Below are positions 1 through 11,277 of a stretch of DNA of 64,000 nt, piece after piece. Positions within the stretch are counted from its first letter, which is position 1. Each line of letters starts with the position of its first letter. Position numbers and translations under genes: made by a program. The notes under the pieces are model-generated. The model was not told where the DNA came from. It saw nothing but the letters and a program-made list of their open reading frames with translations, and did no database searches. The DNA is from Monocercomonoides exilis PA203 (Eukaryota; Protista; Preaxostyla), in contig LSRY02000025.1 in the NCBI GenBank assembly GCA_001643675.2, forward strand, positions 868,001 through 932,000. Direction: 5' to 3'.

Positions 1-59
1 TCATGATCAGAAATAAAAATAAAGAGGTCTTGAATAAGCCTGTTCACTTTTCAGTGTTC

Positions 60-605
60 ATATGGGTAAAAATATTTCACTTCAGGCATATTCATTGAAA
101 AATTATGCACTTTTCATTGACTATTTTTTATCAAAAAATAATACAAAAATGGTTCTATTTTTTGACATTCGTGAAATGATGTAAAATTTTATGTTTTGAT
201 TTCAATAGCGCATGTATCAGGATATGAAAATATAATTTATTTCAAAATCTGAGAAAGTGAAATATAGTTGTGAGAGAAACAATTTTTTCTAGCTTTGTGC
301 ATAAAAAGCTTGAAAGTCCGTATTTTCCCCCATATGGGGAAAAATATACAACTTCAGGTATTTTCATAGAAACATTATGCACTTTTTGTTGACTTTTTTA
401 TATCAAAAAACACAACAAAAATAGTTCCATTTTTTGACATTTGTGAAATGTGGGAAAACTTTCTGTTTTGATTTCAATGATGTTTGTTTACAAATATGAA
501 AATCAAATTTATCTTGCAATATTTTTTAGTTAAAAAATGTTGTAAGTGAAACTATTTTTTTGTGCTTTGTGCAAAAAATGCATGAAAGTCCGTGTTTTCC
601 CCCAT
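60..605. repeat. Diverged tandem duplication, about 272-bp period (2 copies)
   Basis: ACTTCAGG..ATTATGCACTTTT..TTTTTTGACATT.GTGAAATG..TGTTTTGATTTCAAT occurs at about 78-207 and again at about 350-478; GCTTTGTGCA...TGAAAGTCCGT.TTTTCCCC occurs at about 292 and about 564. Confidence 0.8.
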
Positions 606-1063
606 TTGTTGACATTCAATAGAAATAAATGAACAAAAAATTTCAAAAGAGAACAAAACTTATTATCAAAATATATAATCACCGACATATTGATAATATT
701 TGAAGCGATTATTTCCGATTGAGACTGTATTGTCAAATTTGACAGAAGGTTGAAAAATTTTCAATACACAAAAGTTTGTTATATCAAAGAATTTAAAAAA
801 TTTATTCAGGTGTTGAAATCTTCATGTTTAAATAGAATCCATTTTTTTGCAACTGAATCTTTATTTATTAATTTCATGATTTATTCTTTCACTAATTTAA
901 CTTGTCTTCTTTTTTCCTATCATTTTTTTAGGTTTATTAATTCAATTTGTTTCAATTATTATTTAATTTATTTTCATTTTATTATTATATTTTTTAAAAA
1001 ATGAATTGACATAAATGACTCTTCTTTGTTCAGCTGAAAGAATTTATTTCACTAACAGACTTC

Positions 1064-1107
<44 letters not shown>

Positions 1108-1316
1108 ATTACAATATCGATTGTGTTTCTTTCACGATCTGATTTACTTTTTTTTCTGTTGAGTGGAAAGAAAATTTGCACAATAATTTTTTTTATTTTT
1201 TGTAATGAACGAAAAATTGAAAAAATTGTGAAATGGAATTGAAATGATGAAATGTTATTTAAGAAATAACAAACAACGTATTATTTTACGGATCACTTGA
1301 TGTACAAAACAACTCA

Positions 1317-2531
1317 TTAATTTTGAAAGTTCTTAAAGAAAATCAGGTTCATGTCCATTGCATCAAATCCTCCCTCTTCTTCCATCTTTTCAACCCATTT
1401 TCTATGAAGCTCCATCATTTGCTTTATCTGTTGTTCTCGAGACCGACATACACAATTACAACAAATTGGTAAACGAGAAGAATTATAATTTTTCTCAATG
1501 TCTGTATCCATTTTATTCTTTTCACTTACTGTTTTTCCTTTGATTTCATTTATGCTATTTTCTTGTATTATCAAACAATTCACTCTCTGTTTCATCTTTT
1601 TCAATGTCAAATAAGATGTATGAACAATTTCCGCACACAGCTCTTCGTAGCCAAGCAAATTCCACAAAAAGCACATCACCAACCTGCTCCACACACTTCC
1701 AACAGAAGAAACACACGCATTGATTGCAAGTTCCTCCGCAATGCGAAGAGCAGCATAGCGCAAAAGTTGCGAATTGGAGCGTGTGAGACGCAGAACAAGC
1801 GGAAGAAGAACACGTGACGATAAAATGTAAAGAAGAGGCAGCTTCTGCGTGTTTTGAACGTTGACACTGCCTTCATTTGATGTGTGACCATCTGAATCTG
1901 CTGAGCCTTTTAACGACACTTCAATTGCACAATGCAGAAGTCGAAGCGCCGAATACAGCACTCCAAACTCGCTCATCATCTGTTTCGAATCTTCTTCGCT
2001 TTTCTTTGATTGCATGAGCTTCGCTTCTTCGGTCGTCTTTCGTTCTTTCAGTTCGTTCCTCCATCTTCGTCTCTTTTTGTCCAGTTGTATATCAACTTCC
2101 TGTTTGATTCTGGTTGAAGCACAAATCTCTTCAACCAGCGGTAGAATTGGCACATTCACAACTTGCTCGTAATCTCTGCCCAGCGCCTCGATGAGTATTT
2201 GCAGCACAGAAAGAGACTGCGCAATGAAAGGCGGCGGGAAGGGGAGATCAGAAGATGCTGATGAAGATAACGAAGAAGAAGGCTTCTGTTTTTTTGGTTT
2301 TTTCACAAACGAAATGGCGAGTTTCGCGATGCTTTTGACATACTTCTTTGACTGGAAATCTGCTATAAATGATTCGATTTTGGAAAATTCAACAATAACA
2401 ATAATAAAAAAAAATGATATGAATGAAAATTATTACCAAAAATAGAAAAGAAAGAAAGAATAAAGAAATTTTAAATTTTTTTAAATATTATCCGAAAAGA
2501 AAAATTATTTGCTTTTCTTATATTAAGAGCG

Positions 2532-2566
<35 letters not shown>

Positions 2567-5500
2567 ATACTTTTGTTTGCAACAATCCTTTTTAGAACGC
2601 AAAGAGCATTAATCGAAAGATTCGTGTATTGAACAATTTCCTTTGACTGCTCTGTCTTCTTTGTTGAGCCTGCAACATCCAGTAGCACAGGAACAATGCC
2701 ATTCACCAACTCTTCGTCTGCTGACAGATCAAGAGATAACTTTCCATACAACAGAGAAAGAAGGATGAGAGATTCTTCCCCAAGCTCAGTTTTATGATCT
2801 GTTGATGCTTGTTGAGCATTTCTCTCTTTTTCTGAAAGAATGCTATCTTCTTTGAAAGCATCTTGTTCTGCCTGCTGCTTTTTCTGGAATGCACAAAGCT
2901 CTTTTTTCAGTGTTTCCGTCAGTTTTCTGAACAAGTCTGAATTCTGAAGCAGAGGAAGTGGAGAGCTCGACAGAGAAGGCGTGGAGAACGGAAGCACATG
3001 CGAAGTGATGATAAACAGCAAATCGATGATGGCTCGTGTGACGGGCACAACATTAGCACCAAACAGAACGTACACAGAGTCATAAAATGAAGGAGTGACA
3101 ATTGAAATGATCTCATTTCTGGTCATTTCAGTTACCGCTTGCCCGACCCGCTTCAAAATAGGAGACGCTTTCTTCCCTCTTTCCTCCAGCTCTTCCTTTT
3201 CCAAGTGTTCATTTAGCATTCGATTTCGTAGTGTACCACTTTCTGTGTTATCACTGCTATCTTCATCATCACTGTCGTTGTCATCTTCTTCTGCACTTTC
3301 TCCCTTTCTGTCATACTCCATTCTACCATTCCCCATCTTTTCTCTGCTTTTCCCTTTCCCTTTCCCCTTCCTCCTTCCTTTCCCCTTCTCTTCCTCTGCG
3401 CCGAGTCTCATCACATTCACAGCCTCTGTCACAAGCGTCTCAATCAGCGATGGCACCACTCGCTGCATCCTCAGCCGCGCTAGCTGCACTGGTGGTGGCA
3501 GCCCAATCTCAAACGGAATGACACTCGCCACTTCAGATAGAAGCTCAGGTGTCTTCATCGCTGCCTGCTTTGGCTGCGATGCCACCAGCTGCCACATAAT
3601 TCCCTGTGTCGGGCGAGCTTTTGTGCAGCGGGCAACCGTGTCCTCCAGCTGCTCTGGGAAGAAGAGGGAGTCGAGGCGATACATCAGCGCCCACAGATCT
3701 CCCTCGGACGGAGAAAGCATCAGAGCTCCGTTGATCCAGCTCCTGGCTTTGAAGTAGTCTCCTTTGCGCCAATACATTCTAAAGAGGGAGAAATAGAAAT
3801 AGAAAGAAATAGAAAAAATTTGAAATTGAAAAACAAACAAAATTATGACAAATAATAATAATAATAATAATAATAAGAAAAAAAGAACATCACATTGATT
3901 GCGAAAGAAAAGTGATTCAACAAAACAAAAGGTTAAAAGCAATTCTCATTTAATTGAATGTTTTATTTTTTTCTTTCCACATTTCATTCACCCTTCAAAT
4001 AAAATTAAAAAAAACACATACTTCCCAACAAGTGCGCAGAAGTGCGGGTTGTCCTTCATCGTGTCTATGGCTGTCTTCACCAGCGAGAACTGTGCTGAGC
4101 GCGGTGTCACACCAACATGCTCTGCAAATATCTGACCAGACTGCGGAAATGCTGAAAGTGCTGATGAAACAAGAGAAGAAAGCAGAGAAGAAGAAGAAGA
4201 GGAGGAAGAAGAGGAAGAAGAAGAGGACAATGAAGTGGATAATGCTGATGATAGCAGAGAATACGGTTCGTCCAATTCTGAGGCTGATTCAGCTAATGAC
4301 GTGTCTGCAGGCAAAGCACCAGATGAAGCAGAGTTTCTCATCTGCCTCCTTTTCTCAAACCAAATGGAATGCAGCCACACATACTCGTTTGTCTTCATTT
4401 TCTCTCTCGCTTCCTCAAACTGTGTCCGCGCACGTGCCAGTCCAGGAATGGACTCTGAAGAGAAAGAGGACAAAGAAGACGTTGAAGGGGAAATATCACG
4501 TGCGCTTGGTGAAAGTGGGGAATTTGCTGGTTTGTAGAGAAGACGCTGCTGTTTGAGAGCGATTCGTTCCAGAAGGAGAGCATATTCAATGCGAAGATTG
4601 GGATCCATCGGATTTCGGCGGATCGCTTCCATAAACACCAATTCAGCTAAGAAAGAAAATTGATTCAAAAAAAGAAAAGAAAAGAAAAGTGAAAAAAAAA
4701 AAATGAAATGAAAAAAATTTAAGATATTTACTCGTTAAAACCAAAAAAAGAAAGAAAGGCTAAAATCAAGCAAACCTCCAACATAATCTCGTCCATATGC
4801 CTCGAGAACTTTCGCAAGCAGAAGAGGCGCCTGCGAATCTGAATGAAAACGTCCCAGTGAAGTTCTGAGTGTCTTCAGACATCGCCCAATATCTCCAAGT
4901 TCAATATCAATTTGTGCAGCTTTGAGAATAACTGAAAAGAAGGATCATAATTGAATCAGATATAAATACAATAAAAATAGATAATAATCAAAGATCAAAA
5001 ATAAATAAATAAATAATAACAATAGAAATACAATTATTCATGAAAAATGAAATAAAAAAGAAATCCATTTTCAGAAAAAAAAGTTAACAATAAAAAGAAA
5101 ATTCATCACATTCTCCTCAAATAACACACGAGAAGGAGTAGCACAAGTATCCAATGCCTCATCTGCCACGATCTTCGCCTGCAGCCAGTCTCCCTCTTCG
5201 CACTCCAAGTTCATCAGAGCTAGCCAGATGTCTTCGCTCTTCGGGTTCAGCTTCCTCGCCTCCAGCAGCACCTGCCTTGCTGCCCTTCCTTCGCCTTCGT
5301 CGAGCTCCGTCCGCGCCACAAACAGAGGCAGTCGCTGGTCACCCGGGCAGAACGAGACAGCTCGTCTAAGCACATGCAACAATGCTGCTCTGTCGCGTGT
5401 CTCCTTCACAAAGCGGAGGTAGCGGTACCACAACGCAGCATCAGATGGGGAGAGAAGCACAGCACATTCAAAACACTCACTGGCACACGCCAACAGCCCC

Positions 5501-8162
5501 TCGAGAAGAAAGCGCTCGCCTTCCGAGCAGCAGGAAGTGAGAGAGGCAGAGAGCGTGGCAGAAGGGAGAGAGGAGTATGGTGTGATGGTTGAAGAAATGG
5601 AAGATGAGGAAGAGGAAGAGGAAGAGGAAGAGGAAGATGAAGAGGAAGAAGAAGAAACGATAGATTGATCTGTTGAAGTGAAGAAGTCTGCATTGCTGCT
5701 CCATCCTTTCGTGCGCATCATCTTCATCTGATAGCACCCATCAGCTGCAAAGCCAGTCGGCTTGTCTCCCTCAGCAGTCTCTGGCAGCAATGCCATTCGG
5801 ATGATTGCGCGTGCTGTGAAAGGGGATGCAGCTTTTTCAGCTGTCCGCGCATAGTTCAGCCACTCCTCTCTCGTCGGAACTGCTCCTTTGCTCTTCAAGT
5901 ACAAGTTGTACTTCTTCATCAGCTGCAGAGTCTTTTCTCGTTTGGGGCTTTCAGAAAGAAGGCGATTCTCATGCAGTTTGATCAGTGAGAACAGCTTTTT
6001 GGAAGAGTATTTGCGAATGTGTGGAGTTGATGTGGAAGATGAAAGAGTTGAAGAGAAAGAAGATTGTTGAGAAGAAGAAGATGCTGATTGCGATGAAGAA
6101 GATGAAGCAGAAGCTGATGATGACATCATCTGCTGTGCAAACGAAGGCGGAGTTACAGTTGGCTGCTTCATCAACCCTTCATCTTCTTCATCTCCATCTC
6201 CATCAGCACCATCCTCATCTTTCATCTCCTCCTCGCTCACTGGCACCTCTTCCGTGTTTGCTTCCACCAGCATGCATCCAGCTACGAGAATTGACGAGTC
6301 TGTAGGAAGCGCCTTTCTCGCATCGTTTAGCACTTTTGTCGCCCGCTCAAACGGCTCCAAACGCGCAAGGGCTATCCACATCTCAGCAGACTCTGGCACA
6401 CACTGCACAGCCGTCCTCAGCAGCGTCACAGCTTCATCGCGGTCAGCCAATTCTATTGCTGCTTTCCACAGCTGCACCGAGTTCGGCAGCCGCAGAAGCG
6501 CATCCTTCAGCACAGCCAGTCTCCGCCGTACAGACTTCCCTTGCAGCTCAGCCAATGTCAGCCACAATGTGACCGAACGAGGGCAATGCATCGTCGCTTC
6601 TTTGGCTTTTGCAATCGCAGCTGAGTTGGAGTGCCGCACTGTGACTGTTGATCTTGGCTTCCCAGGCACAGCTGTGGCTGTTCCTGTTCCTGTTGCAATC
6701 CCAGTCATTGTGCCTGTTCCTGTTGCAATTCCTGTCTGGAACCCTCCTCCCAGCCCAGTCGCCCCGCCAGCCCCTGTCTCTGTCCCTTGCCCCAACATCA
6801 TCGCAGTCGCTGTGGCTGTCGCCGTTCCGCTCACAGTGCCTGCAGCACTCCCCTTTTCTTTGTCTTTTCCCATCGAAAGTGGAGCAAGCTCGTACAATCT
6901 CACACACTCCATCCACACATCCTCTTTGTCTTTGCAGTGGCGGCATCCTTCGTCAATAATGCGCCTGGCTGCTGCTGCGTCTCCTGCCTGCTCTTCAAAC
7001 CGAGCAGCAGCGATCCACGCAGGAGCATAGTTCGGATTGGTTTTGCAGGCAGCACGATGGATCGCTCTGGTCTTTTCCTGATCTCCAAAGGTTGTGCCTG
7101 AAGTGATGATGTGATGAGCATCCAGAGCCGTCGAATATCCTTCCTTGTCGATGGCTGTTCGAGTGCCTCCATCTTCCTCGTTCACTCTGTCCAGTGCCAA
7201 CGATACAGCCCTGTTTCTCGCATTCCACATGCCCTCCAAGTCCACTCTTCCAGTGGCAGTGCCTTCTGTCGTGATTGAAGAAACAGTTCCATCATTCGGA
7301 TCAATCGATGTGCTAACAGCATTCGATTCCACCATTGGCGCAATCACTGAATCGGGAACTGGCGTGTATTTTTCGCTTCGATTGGACTCGCGTTTCCGTT
7401 TTGCGATGCGTTTTGCTTCGGGAAGTTTAGCCCAATCGCTCTCAGTCAGCGTCTTTAATGCTTGTCGCTCAGATTCATAGAGCTGTGAAATCTTTGTTGC
7501 TCTTCCAAATTCTTCTTCTTTCTTCTTTTCTCTGAGGTCGCGTTGACGCTTTCTTCGACTTTCTGCCCAGTCATCCACTGTTTTATAAATTGCATCAGCT
7601 TCCTCATCATCTGATTCATATGGAGTGTCTTTCCCAAATAAACTTCCACCATATCCGCTAAATGAATCGTAATTTGATTCACTAAGATCTTCTTTATCAT
7701 CTGTGTCAGGTCCTTCTATTTCAAGACGTTCTCCACGGCGATGGGGCGCCTGCTGCAAATGCTTGACACCTGGCAGAATGATAGAATTCAAATAATATTA
7801 ACAAAATAAAAAAAGTCGAACCTGATTCAATTGGCTTTGCTCCTCTTCCGGCTCCAGCAACATATCCTGGAGGAGGTGCACCAAAGGTTCTTATAATCAT
7901 TCAAATAAAAAAATCGTTCAATATTTCTTAAGAGTGAAAAAATAAGTTTCATACGGATCTGGTCGTCTGGATAGCGGTCCAATTTCAGCATCTGTTGTAA
8001 ATCCACGAGCCCTAAGTTGTAATGAATAACAATAAATTGAAAAGTACAATCAATAATTATTTAAAACCCTCTCCCAGCCCCAGCGACGTAGCCACTTGGT
8101 GCTTGTGTGTTAAAAGATGGTCTAAATTGATATTGTGGCACCTGTAAAGGCTGTTGACTCAT
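1317..8162 (-). CDS. PRP6: Pre-mRNA splicing factor Prp6 (U5-102K, HAT/TPR repeats), multi-exon, with long C-terminal extension
   Basis: ATG at 8162: MSQQPLQVPQYQFRPSFNTQAPSGYVAGAGRG|ARGFTT.AEIGP (PRP1_N motif). Large exon 5071-7791 has YDSFSGY, PYESDDEEADAIY, YTPVPDS, TNPNYAPAWIAAARFEE, PNSVQLWKAAIEL, AVQCVPESAEMWIALARLE. The C-terminal KARSWINGAL...GDLWAL...RCTKARP segment is at about 3600-3780. GT-AG joins checked in frame at 4022/3778 and 2571/about 2362. Confidence 0.9.
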
Positions 8163-8274
8163 GAAAACCTCGTAATTAAATAGTTAAAGAAGAATAACTT
8201 TTTTGATCGAATTGAGGATTAAAAAAAATGATAGATATGATCAACTTTCATTTTTGAAAATCTCCTTTTTAAAA

Positions 8275-10333
8275 ATGAAAATAAAGCCAGAAATAAAGAA
8301 ATTGATTATAACAATTATTGGCTTTAAAATATTAACGTTTTTGATTGCAAACATCAGTCAGTCTGTTGTGACTTGCAAAGATGAATCAACAGAAGTGCTT
8401 CTTTCAGGAAACGCACATGAAAATAATGAAAAGCCTCTAACGGGGCTAGATAGATTTATTAGAAAACTTATCTCTCCTTTTCTTAAATGGGATGGACAGT
8501 ATTTCATTCACATTGCAGAAAAAGGATATACTCATGAAAAAATATTTGCGTTTTATCCTGTCTTTCCTTTGGAAATGCGTCTTGTATCAAAATGTGTGAG
8601 CCTTTTAAATGATGATTGAAAATTTCTATTTTACTTGCTTTTTTTCGAATTTGTAATTATTCTTTTTAGTGTTCCCTTTTTTGGCACAGCGCACCGCTCT
8701 TCTTTTGTCTGGCTTCCTTGTGAGCAACATTTCCAATGCTATTGCTTGCATCTTTTTGTATCAGTATGTTCTGCTATTGAACGTGTTTTAACGACTTCTA
8801 AATGTCTCCCCAATTCAGTCTAACGAAAGGAATTTTTAACAATCAACGATTTGCTCGTCTTGTAACTTTTTGTTACGGAATTTGCCCTGCATCTGTGTTC
8901 ACACAAGCTTTGTTTGCTCGTTCTTTTTCTATATCCACCTTCTTTTAAAAAGTTCTCAAATATTAACTTTCACCTTTATAAACATATGAATACAGATATA
9001 CAGAGCCAGTTTTTGCAATGTGGTCGTTCGGTGGGATGTATTTACTCTTTGTGAAGAATATGAGTTGGCTGGCATTTGTATTCTTTTTCATATCTGGTGG
9101 AGTTCGAAGCAATGGAATTGTTAATGCTCTTTTCATCTTCTGTTATGCCATGCAAAATGCTGTATGAATTTTAATTAAAATTTTGTTATTTCTGATAAAA
9201 AATTTTTATTTTTTTTTTAATTTCAGTATCTCATTCTTACGGGTCAATGCACTCTGTGTCATCAAAAAGCTTCATCGAAAAATTATTCACAGAAGCAGTC
9301 TTCAAACAAACAAGCTTCTCATTCATCGCTTATCAAAAGAGCATTTCTTGCCTTTCTGAGTCTTGTTCCACATGGAATCCAATGCATCCTCCTTCTTTTA
9401 CCAACGCTGCTGTATGAAGAATATGCGTTCTGCCACTGCTGCCTTCCCCCTGAGATTAGCATCGACAACAGAAAAGGAATATTCTATGGGAACGACTCAA
9501 TTTATGAGCAGCAATCTCTTCAAGCAGGAAGCAATGCCAAATTAAATGGATATCACTCTTCCATTTCTCCAGCTTTGCATCTTCCACCGCTTTATGCACG
9601 AATCTTCCGCAGAGTGCTTCTTCTCTCTCGAACTTACCCAATTTTGAAGAAGTTTCTACCAAAAGACTTATTTGACTCAATCTCCCTCTCTCCTTTCTAT
9701 CAAAGTCTGACTGACGTTGCCTCTGCAGAGTCTGTTACTCTTCGTCCGTGGTGCGTAGCTGACGAGAACGGGAAAGGTGGATCCATTTACGGTCACGTTC
9801 AATCGCATTATTGGAACGTTGGACCTTTCCATTACTTCACTTTGCTTCAGTTACCCAATCATCTCCTCTGCTTCCCTATTCTGGGATTGTCCTGCGCTGC
9901 TATTGCATCTTGGATTTTGTATCATAGGAAAAACAAAAAGGGAAACAAGCACGAACATATGAATGATAATGAATCAAAGCAGGGCCAAAAGTCCACATCG
10001 TCTACAGAGTCATCTTCATTTGTGTATCCCGAGGGATCTAATCTATTTCCATTTGTTCTCCATCTAGGCCTTATGACTGCCATGTATCCTATTATTCATG
10101 CACAAGTGATGACTCGCTTTCTCAACAATAGTCCAATTCTCTTTTGGTTCTTTGCGCGAATTTTGTGGAATATGATTTATCAGATCCCAAAAGGAAAAGA
10201 TAATCAATCTCAAAATTTAAATAAATTTAAGAAAAGCAATAGTAACAGAAAAGCATTTGCATTTTTATTCTATAGCATTGGTTATGCACTTTGTGGAACT
10301 CTTCTCTTTTCAACATTTAATCCATGGACGTGA
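8275..10333 (+). CDS. PIGV: GPI mannosyltransferase II (PIG-V/Gpi18), multi-exon
   Basis: WDGQYFIHIAEKGY..EKIFAFYP, YTEPVFA, RSNG, VQSHYWNVGPFHYFTLLQLPN, QVMTRF and terminal PWT motifs, with several hydrophobic segments. Internal exon boundaries not all resolved. Confidence 0.88.
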
Positions 10334-10648
10334 TCACTTATTTTTTCAATTCATCTCACTTTTATGTTCATCAACAAAACTTTCTTTCAAAATAAATATC
10401 CTCTATCTCTTTGAAAAGTTAAAGTTTGTGCATCATCTTTTTATTCTTCAAAAAATATTAAATTACGACAATAATCACTATTTGTGATAATGAGCTAACT
10501 TCAAAAATGAAAAACAAAAATATGAAGAAATAATGACTTGAATATCAAATAAAAATGATATATCAAAGCTTAACGAAACAAAGGGAGTTATTTGAGATAT
10601 AAAAATTAGAAAGATTGCTGTTGCAATAAATCTTAATTTTCAGAAGCT

Positions 10649-10876
10649 TTATGCACCTTGGATGATTGCGGCTTCATTCTCAAAAACGATTTCAGGAGCG
10701 GTATAGAACTTACGTTCAAGTTGAATCTTCATTGGTCCTTCGGCGTTGCTTTGACGGTGTTGGATTCTTGCTTTTTGCACAATAACTGAGAGATCCTCTC
10801 CAACTGGGATTTCTTCCTCCTCTGGCACTTCTTCGCAGAATGCAAGTGATGCAATAGCTAAAATAAGGCAAAACAT
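10649..10876 (-). CDS. Small (75 aa) putative secreted acidic protein
   Basis: ATG at 10876, MFCLILAIASLAFC signal-peptide-like N-terminus followed by EEVPEEEE; coding-like composition in an AT-rich background. Confidence 0.55.
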   Translation of the reverse strand: MFCLILAIASLAFCEEVPEEEEIPVGEDLSVIVQKARIQHRQSNAEGPMKIQLERKFYTAPEIVFENEAAIIQGA

Positions 10877-11277
10877 TTTAATCTTCAATATGATAATTCT
10901 ATCAAAAAATTCGATCGATCTAAAATAAGGTTATTAAAACCCAGAAAATGATCTCTTAGCCCACAACATATATTTAATGAGACAAAGTTGATTATTCTTA
11001 ACATTGGTTAATAAAGTCCAAATTGCTCAACATTTTCGATTATAGCATTTCATTTCATAAAAAGAAAAGCAGTTATTTATGTTTTTGGGATTGGATCCTT
11101 GCCCATATTGTCGAATTGAAAACTGAACTGTTTCTGTTTTGAATATGATGTGGGGAAATGAAATAAAATCATCTAAAATTTAAAATTGAAGTGAATTGAA
11201 TATTAAAACGCACAAATGCACTGATTTTGGAAAAAAAGATCAAAAAAGATAAAGATAATTTCTTCAAAAAAAGTTAT

